Source: Syntrophales bacterium (lineage in GTDB: Bacteria; Desulfobacterota; Syntrophia; Syntrophales; UBA2210). Taken from it: 64,000 bases of DNA. The DNA is taken from positions 1,312,001 through 1,376,000 of the forward strand of contig CAXXNF010000001.1 in NCBI GenBank assembly GCA_963666365.2. The letters are read 5' to 3'. Of the stretch, positions 38,761 through 49,360 are shown piece after piece. A model generated the notes under the pieces. The model saw only the letters and a program-made list of their open reading frames with translations. It was not told where the DNA came from and searched no databases. Numbering within the stretch: the stretch's first letter is position 1; every line of letters starts with the position of its first letter. Position numbers and translations under genes: made by a program.

Positions 38761-39457
38761 GATCAAACATCTTAGAGCCGCTTATCACGATATAGAGGTG
38801 CTTCATGGCCTGAATCTCTCGATGGATAACGGCGACTTTGTTGCCGTTATCGGCAGTAACGGGGCGGGAAAGACCACTTTTCTGCGCGCAATTTCACGAC
38901 TTGTGTCGGCAAGGGGGAGCATCCTCTTTCAGGGGAATGAAATTCTCACGCTCAATCCCCGTGATGTCATAAAGGGAGGAATCATTCACTGTCCTGAAGG
39001 ACGGCTTCTGTTTCCGAATATGACAGTCTATAACAATCTTCTCATGGGCGCTTTTTTGCGACGTGATAGAAATTCCATTTCAAATGATCTCGACCGTGTG
39101 TTTGCCTATCTGCCGGTGTTGTGGGATCGCAAAAATCAGTTGGCGGGGACTCTGTCAGGCGGAGAGCAGCAGATGCTGGCCGTAGGAAGGGCGATTATGG
39201 GACAGCCCGTTCTTCTCACCCTCGATGAACCCTCTTTCGGATTGGCGCCCATGGTTATAGAATCGATTTTCGAAGTGGTACAAAAACTAAACGACGAGGG
39301 TGTCGCGATTCTTCTTGTCGAGCAAAATGCGGCCCTCGCCCTCGATCTTTCATCATATGCCTATGTGCTGGAACAGGGGCAAATCATCAACCAGGGGGAG
39401 AGCGTTGTACTTACCGAAGATCCTTCAGTGACTGAAGCATATCTTGGTATGAACTGA
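38747..39457 (+). CDS. HAAT ABC ATP-binding protein, LivF-like
   Basis: GSNGAGKT, LSGGEQQMLA and VEQN; TTG start. Confidence 0.93.
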   Translation: MSLLEIKHLRAAYHDIEVLHGLNLSMDNGDFVAVIGSNGAGKTTFLRAISRLVSARGSILFQGNEILTLNPRDVIKGGIIHCPEGRLLFPNMTVYNNLLMGAFLRRDRNSISNDLDRVFAYLPVLWDRKNQLAGTLSGGEQQMLAVGRAIMGQPVLLTLDEPSFGLAPMVIESIFEVVQKLNDEGVAILLVEQNAALALDLSSYAYVLEQGQIINQGESVVLTEDPSVTEAYLGMN

Positions 39458-39543
39458 GTATGACAGGAGAAAGGAGGTGTCCATATTTTACCGTAAGCGT
39501 GCAAGGGGGATGAATAATACAGTACATATAAGGAGGGGAGAGT

Positions 39544-40767
39544 ATGAAGATAAAACAGTGCGTACTATCGATAGTGTGTCTTTGTGTGATGTTGGGTGTG
39601 TGCTTTTGTGCCAACCCGGTGATGGCGGCCGATACGCTCAAGATCGGCCTCATCACTCCCTTTAAAACCACCTCGGGTGAAATCATGATCAACGCGGCAA
39701 AGCTCGCCACGGAAGACATCAATGCCGCGGGCGGCATCCTGGGCAAAAAGGTCGAGCTGATTCTGGGGAATACAGAATACAAACCTGAAAAAGGGGCGAT
39801 GGCCTACAAAAAGCTGGTTCTTCAGGATAAGTGCGATGCTGTGATCGGAACCAATTCGTCGGGGGTTGCCAAATCCGTGATGGACCAGATGGCCCGTTAC
39901 AAAAAGGTGTTCATTTCTACGGGCGCCGCATCCGAAGCGCTCAGCGATACCTATTTTGCAGATAAGGAGAAATATAAATACTGGTTCCGGGTGATGCATC
40001 TTTCCCAGGAACTTTCCAGTGCCAGTCTTGACTTTGTCTATAACATTCCTGTGCTGAAAATGGGCGCGAAACGCATGGCCATAATAGCGGAAAACGCCCT
40101 ATGGACAAGGGGAATTGTGGCAAATGCCGAGAAATTTTTCAAAGAGAAGGGACTCGAAGTCGTCTACTCCGAATTTTTTGATACGGAGACGAAAGATTTT
40201 ACCACTATATTGACAAAAATCATGAACGCGAAGGCTCATTACATTTATGAGGTGTCCGCACATGTTGATGGATCGATCTACATAAAGCAGTGGTATGATC
40301 TCAAGGGTCCCATGATAGGCGGTGTGTCGGGCACAAGCGCTACCGATCGCTATTGGCAGGACAGCGCCGGAAAGGCGGTCAGTGAAACCAATTTATGCAT
40401 GGGCGCGGCCCCCGTACTCTACACAAACAAATCAAAAGCCTACTATGAGCGGTATCAAAAAAGTTTCAATGCCGCGTCCGCATACCCCGGCGGTTACACC
40501 TACGATGCCTTTTATGTCTATAAGGCAGCCGTCGAAAAGGCGGGAACCACCGATTCGGACAAGGTTGTGCAGGCGCTTGAAAAAACCGACTGGGTGGGAG
40601 TTGCCGGCAGATGGGTCTTCGATGATCACCATAATTCAATCTATGGAGAAGGCTATCGCCAGCTTCCGATGGTGCAGTTTCAGAAAGACGGAAGCAGGGA
40701 AGTGGTATGGCCCAAGAATCTGGCAACGGCAGAATTTTTTGTGCTGCCCTGGCAGGCGGTTAAATAG
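39544..40767 (+). CDS. HAAT ABC substrate-binding protein 1
   Basis: Signal peptide, INAAGGILGK and YDA motif. Confidence 0.9.
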   Translation: MKIKQCVLSIVCLCVMLGVCFCANPVMAADTLKIGLITPFKTTSGEIMINAAKLATEDINAAGGILGKKVELILGNTEYKPEKGAMAYKKLVLQDKCDAVIGTNSSGVAKSVMDQMARYKKVFISTGAASEALSDTYFADKEKYKYWFRVMHLSQELSSASLDFVYNIPVLKMGAKRMAIIAENALWTRGIVANAEKFFKEKGLEVVYSEFFDTETKDFTTILTKIMNAKAHYIYEVSAHVDGSIYIKQWYDLKGPMIGGVSGTSATDRYWQDSAGKAVSETNLCMGAAPVLYTNKSKAYYERYQKSFNAASAYPGGYTYDAFYVYKAAVEKAGTTDSDKVVQALEKTDWVGVAGRWVFDDHHNSIYGEGYRQLPMVQFQKDGSREVVWPKNLATAEFFVLPWQAVK

Positions 40768-40829
40768 AAATTTAACAGCAGGTCCATACATGCCGTGCCT
40801 GTTGGAACGGATGCAAGGAGGATGATGGT

Positions 40830-42059
40830 ATGAGAAAGACTATCGGAATAATTTTTGTTGCCGTTGCAATGTGTTTTCTTGTGACAATTCCTGTGTGGGG
40901 TGCAGACGCCGCACCCATCAAAATAGGATTTTTGCATAGCCTGAGCGGAGGAATCGGTCAGATATACGGAATTCCCGACCTTGCCGGGGCGGAAATTGCG
41001 GTCAGAGAGATCAACGCAAAGGGGGGTGTTTTAGGAAGAAAATTGGAGATAGTATCGAGAGATGACAAACTGAATCCGGAGGTAGGCGTCAGACAGGCCA
41101 AGGATCTGATCCTCAATGAAAAAGTCGACTGGATACAGGGCACTATCAGCAGTTCGGTTGCGCTGGCCGTTTCTGCCTACTGCGGACAGGAGAAAGTGCT
41201 CTTTATTGATACCAATGCACAGTCCGCCGCAATAACAGGTGAAAAAGGCCATCGTTATGTGTTCAGAATAAGCACGAATACCAGCAACTATACCTCTTCC
41301 GTGGCCCATGCCGTGGCAAAGTATTGGCCGGGCCTGAAAAAGGTCTTTGTAATCGGACCCGATTACGAATACGGCCATCGGTCCCACAAGGATTTTATGG
41401 ATACCTACACAAAGCTTGTGCCCGGTGCGACGGTGATAGGTGAACTGTGGCCGAAACTGGGCAACAAAGACTGGACCGCCTACATCTCCAAAATTATGAA
41501 TTCAGGAGCCGATTTCGTGTATTGCGCACTCTGGGGAGGCGATGTGTTGTCCTTTACAAAAACGGCCTATGGATTCGGATATTTCAAAAGAATAAAGCAC
41601 GCGGGACAGGATTGGGGAAACATCGAAGTTCTGGCAAAAATGACCAAAGATACCTATCCCAAGGGTGTGCTTGGGGGAAGCCACTATCCTTTCTGGCTTC
41701 TTGACAATCCCATCAACAATGCCTTCTGGCCACAAGTAAAAGAAGAAACAAAGGGGATGTACCCCGGTCTGGGCGCCACCTGTTCCTATGCGACAGTGTA
41801 TGCAATGAAAGCGGCAATTGAGAAGACCGGCACGGTCGACATAGAAAAAATTATAGACGCCCTTGAGGGTCTTTCCTTCAATGCACCTGTGGGCAAGGTA
41901 ACGATCAGGGCATGCGACCATCAGGCCATGTGGCCCTTTTGGGTAGGCAAAGTCAGTACCAGCGACACACTTCCCTGGCCCCATATTACCGACGCGGTGC
42001 TGCTTGATCCGGAAAAGGGGTATCAAACCTGTGAGGAAATTGCCGCGGAAAGAAAGTAA
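40830..42059 (+). CDS. HAAT ABC substrate-binding protein 2
   Basis: Signal peptide, INAKGGVLGR, PDYEYG and RACDHQA. Confidence 0.9.
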   Translation: MRKTIGIIFVAVAMCFLVTIPVWGADAAPIKIGFLHSLSGGIGQIYGIPDLAGAEIAVREINAKGGVLGRKLEIVSRDDKLNPEVGVRQAKDLILNEKVDWIQGTISSSVALAVSAYCGQEKVLFIDTNAQSAAITGEKGHRYVFRISTNTSNYTSSVAHAVAKYWPGLKKVFVIGPDYEYGHRSHKDFMDTYTKLVPGATVIGELWPKLGNKDWTAYISKIMNSGADFVYCALWGGDVLSFTKTAYGFGYFKRIKHAGQDWGNIEVLAKMTKDTYPKGVLGGSHYPFWLLDNPINNAFWPQVKEETKGMYPGLGATCSYATVYAMKAAIEKTGTVDIEKIIDALEGLSFNAPVGKVTIRACDHQAMWPFWVGKVSTSDTLPWPHITDAVLLDPEKGYQTCEEIAAERK

Positions 42060-42168
42060 GTGAACTGACACAAAGACTAAGTGCCAGAGGAGTGCTTGGG
42101 AAGGAACCAGGAGACATACCTGTTGCCGTGGATATTGCGGCGATACGTAACAAGGGTGACATAGCGCT

Positions 42169-43047
42169 ATGAATATTCAGGGACTTACAATACAGCTTCT
42201 TGGTGGCATCAGCACGGGAATGGTCATTTTTCTCATTGCAGTGGGCCTGTCTCTTGTATTCGGGACCTTAGGGGTATTAAATCTTGCCCATGGCGCCCTC
42301 TATATGCTTGGCGCCTATCTTGGCTTCACGGTATGCTCCCTCTTTTCTCAATGGAGCGGGTCCTTCTGGTGGGCGCTTCTTTTGGCGCCGATAGGGGTGG
42401 CGATTTTCGGAGGCATCGTTGAAGTGTTGCTCCTGCGACGGATATATTCACGAGAACAGCTGGATCAGTATCTGCTTACCTTTGCGCTCATTCTCATTAT
42501 CGGAGACCTATGCAAGTTTTTATGGGGGGTGGACTACCACATGGTGGACACCCCCTGGCCTCTTAACGGACCCGTTGCAATCATGGGCGGATATTTCCCG
42601 CTCTACAACCTGTTCCTTATTGTTTGCGGCCCCGTTGTGTTTCTTGCCATCCTGGCGCTTATACACTACACGAAATTGGGGAGAATAATCAGGGCAATGA
42701 CCCATGACCGCGACACGGCGAACGCTCTTGGGGTGAATGTGCCGGTGGTATACACGGCGGTATTTATGCTGGGATGCTGGCTTGCCGGATTGGGAGGCAC
42801 GCTGATTTCCCCCGTGTCCTCCGTTATGCCGGGAATGGACATGGTTGTCCTTATCGAATGCTTTATCATTGTGGTAATCGGAGGATTGGGAAGTCTTACG
42901 GGCGCCTTTCTCGGTTCTCTGATTCTCGGTCTGGTCAATGCGTTCGGAATTCTCGTCGCACCGCGGCTGGCTATTGCCTTCGGGTTTATTCTAATGATTA
43001 TCGTGCTTGTTATCAGACCCTGGGGCCTCATGGGGAAACCTGAATGA
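42169..43047 (+). CDS. HAAT ABC permease, LivH-like (set 2)
   Basis: VLNLAHG, VVIGGLGS and RPWGL. Confidence 0.92.
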   Translation: MNIQGLTIQLLGGISTGMVIFLIAVGLSLVFGTLGVLNLAHGALYMLGAYLGFTVCSLFSQWSGSFWWALLLAPIGVAIFGGIVEVLLLRRIYSREQLDQYLLTFALILIIGDLCKFLWGVDYHMVDTPWPLNGPVAIMGGYFPLYNLFLIVCGPVVFLAILALIHYTKLGRIIRAMTHDRDTANALGVNVPVVYTAVFMLGCWLAGLGGTLISPVSSVMPGMDMVVLIECFIIVVIGGLGSLTGAFLGSLILGLVNAFGILVAPRLAIAFGFILMIIVLVIRPWGLMGKPE

Positions 43048-43060
43048 CGGAGTTGTGCGC

Positions 43061-44002
43061 ATGAAAACGTACCCGAAATCGCTTATTATAGTGATCGCCG
43101 CGCTGATACTGATATCCTTTGCACTGCCTCTATTTCTGGGGAGGGGATGGATCAGTCTTATTAATGAAATGATCATTCTCGCATTGGCTGCATGCGGATT
43201 GAATCTGATGCTCGGATACGCGGGAATGGTATCCTTTGGGCCTGCAGGGCCTTATGCGGTAGGCGCCTATACCACGGCACTCATCCTTGTGTACACGAAG
43301 ATGCCTTTCGGCATCGCCTTTATTGCAGGACCGATCGTTGCGGCACTCATATCCGCCGCAATCGGGTGGTTCTGTGTACGCAGAACCCATGTGTATTTTG
43401 CACTTCTCACCCTGGCCTTTGCCCAAATAATCCATACGATTATTTTCGGGTGGTATGATTTTACGAAAGGGGATGACGGCATCGTCAATATACCCGTACC
43501 GTCCGTACTGCAGCCAATAGTGAATTATTATTACTTCAGCCTGCTCGTCACGTGCCTTTCCGTATATGTTCTATGGAGGATCGTAAAATCACCCTTCGGC
43601 AAGGCGTTGCAGGCGTTGAGGGAAAATCCAAATCGAACCGAATCGATCGGCATCAACGTGCGACGATACCAGCTCACGGCATTCATTATCTCCGGTTTTT
43701 TTCTTGGTCTCGCCGGTTCATTGTTCTGCGGATTCAACAAAAACGTCTTTCCCGATTATGCGCACTGGATGAAATCCACTGAAATGCTGGTCGTGTGTCT
43801 CCTCGGAGGGGTATACAGCTTCCTGGGGCCCATATTCGGTTCAGTGGTGTATGTGCTTCTTGACAAGGTTATCACCGGTTACACGGAGTATTGGCCCTTT
43901 GTGCTTGGGTGCGTCATCATTGTGCTGCTTCTTTTCCTCCGAGGGGGAATCAGCCCCTTTGTGGCGGAAAAAATCACCCTTTTTACAAAAAGGAGAGTCT
44001 AG
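43061..44002 (+). CDS. HAAT ABC permease, LivM-like (set 2)
   Basis: GMVSFG, VYFALLTLA and SPFG..RENP. Confidence 0.92.
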   Translation: MKTYPKSLIIVIAALILISFALPLFLGRGWISLINEMIILALAACGLNLMLGYAGMVSFGPAGPYAVGAYTTALILVYTKMPFGIAFIAGPIVAALISAAIGWFCVRRTHVYFALLTLAFAQIIHTIIFGWYDFTKGDDGIVNIPVPSVLQPIVNYYYFSLLVTCLSVYVLWRIVKSPFGKALQALRENPNRTESIGINVRRYQLTAFIISGFFLGLAGSLFCGFNKNVFPDYAHWMKSTEMLVVCLLGGVYSFLGPIFGSVVYVLLDKVITGYTEYWPFVLGCVIIVLLLFLRGGISPFVAEKITLFTKRRV

Positions 44003-44751
44003 TGCCTGGAACCATTTTCAGCGTCAAAGGCATACATAAGTCGTTTGGAGGACTGATTGCAGTAAATGATGTGTCCTTTGAACTGGAACGAGGGGAAATA
44101 AGTTCTATCATCGGTCCCAACGGCGCAGGCAAGACCACGCTTTTCAACATGTTGACGGGGCATCTGAAACCGGATTCCGGCCGTATTATCTTTGAGAATG
44201 AAAACATTACGAGCTTTTCACCGCATACAATATGCAAAAAAAAGATAGGGCGGTCCTTTCAACGCACAAACATTTTTCCCCGATTGACGGTGTTTGAAAA
44301 TGTTCAGGTGGCCGTGATGGCCAGCTATGGCAAAACGGAAAATTTTTTTCAAAGGTCTGATAGTTTATTTGAAAATGAAGTCGAAAGAATTCTCGAAAGT
44401 ATCGGTCTCATAAGCCAAAAAGATGTACAGGCGGACCTGCTCGCCCATGGCGATCAGCGGTTGCTTGAAATCGGCATTGCCCTTGGGAGTCACCCGATTC
44501 TGCTTCTTCTCGATGAGCCGACGGCGGGAATGAGTCCGAAGGAATCGGGCAAGACGGTGGAACTCATCAAAAAAGTTGCCCGTGAAAACGATCTTACCCT
44601 TCTGTTTATCGAACATGATATGAATATAGTGTTCAGTATCTCTGAAAAAGTACGGGTAATGCATATGGGAAAACTGTTTGCCGAGGGAAATCCGGACCAG
44701 ATAAGAGCAAATAGAGAGGTGCAGCGCATATATTTAGGTGAGGAAACGTAA
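44002..44751 (+). CDS. HAAT ABC ATP-binding protein, LivG-like (set 2)
   Basis: GTG start after AGGAG; GPNGAGKT and LLDEPTAG. Confidence 0.92.
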   Translation: MPGTIFSVKGIHKSFGGLIAVNDVSFELERGEISSIIGPNGAGKTTLFNMLTGHLKPDSGRIIFENENITSFSPHTICKKKIGRSFQRTNIFPRLTVFENVQVAVMASYGKTENFFQRSDSLFENEVERILESIGLISQKDVQADLLAHGDQRLLEIGIALGSHPILLLLDEPTAGMSPKESGKTVELIKKVARENDLTLLFIEHDMNIVFSISEKVRVMHMGKLFAEGNPDQIRANREVQRIYLGEET

Positions 44752-44752
44752 A

Positions 44753-45451
44753 ATGCTCTTGGAAACACAAAGGATCAACACCTATTACGGTGCAAGTCAC
44801 ATCCTCTTTGATGTCTCGATGGGTATTGATGAGGGAGAAGTGGTCTGCCTCCTGGGCAGAAATGGGATGGGCAAATCGACATTGATCAAAAGCATCATAG
44901 GATTAACGCCGCCCCGTTCAGGGAAACTCTATTTCGAGGGGGTCGATATTGTCGGGAAGCGGCCTTTTGAAATCGCCCGCCGGGGGGTCGGATTTGTGCC
45001 AGAGAACAGAGCGATTTTCCCGAACCTTACGGTTCGCGAAAATCTGGATATGGGTGTGCATAGGAAAGAAAGCGGATCATGGTCCCTCGAGCGAATCTAC
45101 CACATGTTTCCCATTCTTCAGGAAAGAGCCGGGCAGATGGGCGGCACCCTCTCGGGGGGAGAACAGCAGATGCTGACAATTGCAAGGGCGTTGATGGGAA
45201 ATCCCCGGCTTCTTTTGATTGATGAACCATCGGAAGGTCTCGCGCCGCTCATTGTGAACCAGATAGGCGCACAGGTCCAGGAAATGAAAAAAGAGGGCAT
45301 GACGATTCTTCTTTCGGAGCAAAACACCGGATTTACGCTCAAATTGGCCGATCGCGCCTACATTCTTGAGAAGGGCGTCATAAGCTGGCAGGGAAGTGTC
45401 ACGCAACTGGAGGATGACCCTCAGATTTTGGAAACCTACCTCGGTGTGTAA
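44753..45451 (+). CDS. HAAT ABC ATP-binding protein, LivF-like (set 2)
   Basis: GRNGMGKS, LSGGEQQML and DEPSEG. Confidence 0.93.
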   Translation: MLLETQRINTYYGASHILFDVSMGIDEGEVVCLLGRNGMGKSTLIKSIIGLTPPRSGKLYFEGVDIVGKRPFEIARRGVGFVPENRAIFPNLTVRENLDMGVHRKESGSWSLERIYHMFPILQERAGQMGGTLSGGEQQMLTIARALMGNPRLLLIDEPSEGLAPLIVNQIGAQVQEMKKEGMTILLSEQNTGFTLKLADRAYILEKGVISWQGSVTQLEDDPQILETYLGV

Positions 45452-45452
45452 T

Positions 45453-46637
45453 ATGGCGGCAAGAAACGATATTAAATTAGACGACAAGCGATCTCAAATA
45501 CTTGCCGCTGCCGAAGCTATAATATCGATAAAAGGACTGGAAAATACGAAGATATCGGATATCGCCCAGCAGGCGGGTATTGCCGATTCCCTCATATATC
45601 AGTACTTCCGGGGGAAGGAAGATCTGATGTTTTCAACTGCCGACGCCCGTATGGGCGAGGTTCTCAGGCTTGTGAACGAACACCTTCAGGGAATTATAGA
45701 CGCGCGCAGCAGAATCAGTAAGCTTATCTGGTTTCATCTTCATCATCATGACACTCACCGCGGCTATGCCGGCATTCTGCTGTTCGAGTGCAGATCCTCT
45801 CCCAACTTTTACAAGACCGATGCCTACACAAAGGTGCAACACTACGCGGCGCTTTTTTCCGACACTATCGAAGCAGGCATCAACGAAGGGCTCTTCAGAT
45901 CCGATTTAGATGTGAGGCTTGTCAGGGACATTATTCTCGGGACGTTGGATGCGGAAACAATATCCTGTCTCGGTTCCCGTGAAATAGAAGAAAGTGTTCC
46001 CGATCTGGAAGACATCGTGTCTCTTATCAATATTATGCTTTCAAAAAAGCCGGAAGCAACCTTTGATAAATCGGACAGAATACTTTTGGCTGCGGAAGAG
46101 GTATTTGCAGAAAAAGGATTTGCAAAGGCCAAGGTCATTGATATTGCGAAAGCTGCCCATGTTTCGGAGGGAACGGTCTACGAATATTACGAAACCAAAA
46201 AGGGGTTGTTGCTTTCCATGGCATGTAATCGTCTGAAAGAGCGCATGGATCGTTTGTCGGAAGAGTTCGAAAACGAACATCCGGTACAGGAGCTGAGAAC
46301 GCTTATGAGATGGTATTTTTCCTCTCTCTTGAAAGATCGAGGGTTCCTGAAAATATTCCTTCTCGACCTACAATTGAAAAAAGATTTTTATTCATCCTGC
46401 GCCTACCGCTATTTTAAGAAATACATCTCTTCGATTGAAAATGTCATCACGAGGGGCGTTGCCCGGGATTATTTCCGTGCTGATGTGAACCCCCGCGTGT
46501 TTCGAAACATGGTGATTGGTGCGTTTAATCATTGCGCTCTCAGATGGTTCATTTTCGGATTTGACAGCAAGATTGACAAAATGACGGAAATTGAAGATTT
46601 AATAGATCTTCTCTCGTTTGCAGTGATTAAAAACTGA
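45453..46637 (+). CDS. Tandem double-TetR/AcrR transcriptional regulator
   Basis: Two HTH units (ILAAA..IAQQAGI..IYQYF..KEDL and ILLAA..IAKAAHV..VYEYY..KKGL), each followed by a C-terminal ligand domain. Confidence 0.9.
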   Translation: MAARNDIKLDDKRSQILAAAEAIISIKGLENTKISDIAQQAGIADSLIYQYFRGKEDLMFSTADARMGEVLRLVNEHLQGIIDARSRISKLIWFHLHHHDTHRGYAGILLFECRSSPNFYKTDAYTKVQHYAALFSDTIEAGINEGLFRSDLDVRLVRDIILGTLDAETISCLGSREIEESVPDLEDIVSLINIMLSKKPEATFDKSDRILLAAEEVFAEKGFAKAKVIDIAKAAHVSEGTVYEYYETKKGLLLSMACNRLKERMDRLSEEFENEHPVQELRTLMRWYFSSLLKDRGFLKIFLLDLQLKKDFYSSCAYRYFKKYISSIENVITRGVARDYFRADVNPRVFRNMVIGAFNHCALRWFIFGFDSKIDKMTEIEDLIDLLSFAVIKN

Positions 46638-46691
46638 TAGGGGATCAGTCGCAGCGTTTCGGTAGTAATGCGAAAAAAGGAGGATATCGCA

Positions 46692-48263
46692 ATGAACATT
46701 ACATTGACTCAGGTGAGGTTTCTGGAACGGTCCGTCAAGCTATTCAAAACGAAAACGGCGGTAATTTGCGAGGGGAATCGGTGGAACTACAAAGAATTCG
46801 GCGCACGGGTGGAGCAGCTTGCCAATGCATTGGAAGATCTCGGCATACAACCGGGGGTGCGCGTCGGCTACATCGGGTACAACTGTCACCGTCTTCTGGA
46901 ATGTTACTATGGTGTGGTGAAAATGGGGGCGGTGTTGATGCCTCTTAATATTCGGCTTGCCGCGCAGGACTTCGAGTATGTGATAAACGATTCAGAGCCG
47001 GATTTGATATTTATAGATCCCGACTTTCTCGACAAGATAGGTCCGATACTGCAGAACATCAAGCCGGTAAAATATTTTTACCTTCTTGAAGGCATGGAGA
47101 ATCCGCCGGACTGGATCACCGGTCAGTACGATGAACTAATTGCGGCGGCGTCGCCGATTCCCAGACGCGCGACGACGGAATATTCTTTTCATGAGGACGA
47201 TATGGCCGAGCTATTCTATACGAGCGGTTCCACCGGTCCTCCCAAGGGCGTGATGCTTACCCATAGAAACCTCTACCTCCATGCATTGGTTACCATGGCG
47301 GCCGCCCCAATAGCCGAAACGGACATACAACTGCACCTGATTCCTCTCTTTCATGTGAATGGGTGGGGTACGCCTCATTATCTCATTGCAAAGGGCGGCA
47401 CCCATGTGATGATGAAGAAGTTTGATGCGACGGATGTGCTGGAGATAATCCAGAAAGAAAAGGTCAATAAATTCTATGCGATTCCCACCATGATAAGTGC
47501 CCTTATGGACCATCCCCATCTGAAATCCTATGATCTGTCAAGTATGAAGGATATTTTGATCGGAGGTGCCCCCCCGCCGACGGGAATGTGCGAGAGGGCC
47601 TCCCAGGTCTTCGGATGTATGGTCCATGGCGCCTTTGGGATGAGCGAGACCTGTCCGCTGATCGCCTATCCTGAATTGCCGCCCGATCTTGATCCGGAAA
47701 CACTTCGATACCGGGCTCACGAAACATGGGGGTTTCCCGCTATCGGCGTTGAGTTCAAAGTAGTCGATATGGCGGGAAATGAGCTGCCCTGGGATGGAAA
47801 ATCGACGGGCGAGCTTCTGGTACGAGGCGACATGGTGATGAAAGGGTATCTCAACAAGGAGGATTCGACACGCCGTGCGCTGGAAGGCGGGTGGTACCAC
47901 AGCGGGGATGTGGTGTCCATGGGTCCCGACGGCTCACTGTTTATACGGGATCGCATGAAGGACATCATCATCAGCGGGGGTGAGAATATCTCGTCTCTGG
48001 AAATCGAACAGGTGCTCTATTCCCATCCTGATATACTGGAATGTGCCGTTATCGGAAAGCAGGATGAAAAATGGGGAGAAATTCCAAAGGCGATTGTCGT
48101 ACTGAAGCCGGGAGCGACAGTGACACCGAACGCAATCGTCGAGTTTACCCGTGAACACATGGCACATTTCAAGGCACTGAGAGATGCTGAAATCATAGAA
48201 GAAATGCCGCGCGGCGGTACCGGGAAAATATTAAAGAGTGTGTTGAGGGAACGATACGGTTAA
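46692..48263 (+). CDS. Acyl-CoA synthetase (AMP-forming, medium/long-chain fatty acid-CoA ligase family)
   Basis: YTSGSTGPPKG, FHVNGWG, GMSET, WYHSGD, KDIIISGGENI and GKI. Confidence 0.93.
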   Translation: MNITLTQVRFLERSVKLFKTKTAVICEGNRWNYKEFGARVEQLANALEDLGIQPGVRVGYIGYNCHRLLECYYGVVKMGAVLMPLNIRLAAQDFEYVINDSEPDLIFIDPDFLDKIGPILQNIKPVKYFYLLEGMENPPDWITGQYDELIAAASPIPRRATTEYSFHEDDMAELFYTSGSTGPPKGVMLTHRNLYLHALVTMAAAPIAETDIQLHLIPLFHVNGWGTPHYLIAKGGTHVMMKKFDATDVLEIIQKEKVNKFYAIPTMISALMDHPHLKSYDLSSMKDILIGGAPPPTGMCERASQVFGCMVHGAFGMSETCPLIAYPELPPDLDPETLRYRAHETWGFPAIGVEFKVVDMAGNELPWDGKSTGELLVRGDMVMKGYLNKEDSTRRALEGGWYHSGDVVSMGPDGSLFIRDRMKDIIISGGENISSLEIEQVLYSHPDILECAVIGKQDEKWGEIPKAIVVLKPGATVTPNAIVEFTREHMAHFKALRDAEIIEEMPRGGTGKILKSVLRERYG

Positions 48264-48318
48264 AGAGGCGCCCCCTTCGGCCCTCTGCGCCGTAGAGAAC
48301 CCTTCGCAATGATGACCT

Positions 48319-48365
48319 CAAAGGGCGGGTGGCCGGTTAGGAGTTTTCATGGCCTTCCGCCTTTG
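48319..48365. terminator. Imperfect hairpin after the CoA ligase gene
   Basis: CAAAGGGCGG..GGCC / GGCC..CCGCCTTTG, located between convergent genes. Confidence 0.35.
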
Positions 48366-48576
48366 TATTCATGAGCATCCCTTTATCCGACATGACAGAA
48401 GGGATTTGACGAAAGATTCAATCTTTTTTGGAATAATGGGATCTCGAATTTGTGGGACAAGGACGGCGCCGGCCAATGACATTGACAGGCGTCCCTGTTC
48501 AGGTTGTCCGGTATGATGGTGTTTCCCGTATTTCGCCGGCGAATAGGGTGAAAGAGTGAAGTGCGAGTTCGGACTT

Positions 48577-49194
48577 TTACACCTGGCTCATATCTGACGG
48601 TGAAATCGCGATCTTTCGGAGCAAAGATGCAATAGGTAGAATGAGGATGTATGAGAGCGCACTCCACCCGGGGACAATAAAGGCAACGCATATCGCAATT
48701 AGAGGGACGATTATAAAGACTGAATTTACCCTTCGTTCTTTTGCAATAATCGAAATATCACATGAGTCCTCTTGAAGCAGGTGTCGGTTTCGGAAGATGT
48801 AGTTCCACCTGATGATTGAGAATATTCCAACACAGAGAAGGTTGAGATGAAAAAACAGTTCCGCTGCAATCAATCCGTGATAATCACCCAGCAGAGATGT
48901 GGAAAAGGGAATCAGTATAATGAACATCAGATTCCATAGACAAAGCCAGAGATAGGTCCGTTCCGTTTGTTTAATATAGTGAAATTGATGATTATCGTTG
49001 ACCCAGAGCGCGGCAAGGATTGCGAAACTGATTATATAATTGAGAAAAGTCGGTATCATGGTTCGAAGCGCATTAAATAAATCGCCCGATTCCGATATTT
49101 TTACCGTTGTTGGAACGGTAATATTGAGAACCAGAATGGTCATGGCTATTGCAAATAAACCATCAAGCAGCGCTTCGATACGGTTTTTACTCAT
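48577..49194 (-). CDS. TMEM175-family (DUF1211) potassium channel
   Basis: RIEALLDGLFAIAMTIL (RxxxxxD-type signature), YIISF and PFST. Confidence 0.9.
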   Translation of the reverse strand: MSKNRIEALLDGLFAIAMTILVLNITVPTTVKISESGDLFNALRTMIPTFLNYIISFAILAALWVNDNHQFHYIKQTERTYLWLCLWNLMFIILIPFSTSLLGDYHGLIAAELFFHLNLLCVGIFSIIRWNYIFRNRHLLQEDSCDISIIAKERRVNSVFIIVPLIAICVAFIVPGWSALSYILILPIASLLRKIAISPSDMSQV

Positions 49195-49258
49195 TTCCTC
49201 TTTTGTGTCTTGAAAAAATAGCATGAACCCTCTTAAGAATTGCTTTATAGCAGCAATC

Positions 49259-49360
49259 CTATCGATTCTTTTTCTTTTCTGCCTTAGCCTGTTTCTTTTC
49301 CTTCGCTGTTTTCTGTGGCTTTTTCTTTTCGTTTTTTTTAGCGTCTTCAGATTTGGCCAT
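49259..49360 (-). CDS. Small Lys-rich protein (33 aa)
   Basis: MAKSEDAKKNEKKKPQKTAKEKKQAKAEKKKNR, preceded by a GAGGGGAG RBS; below the ORF-track length cutoff. Confidence 0.6.
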   Translation of the reverse strand: MAKSEDAKKNEKKKPQKTAKEKKQAKAEKKKNR

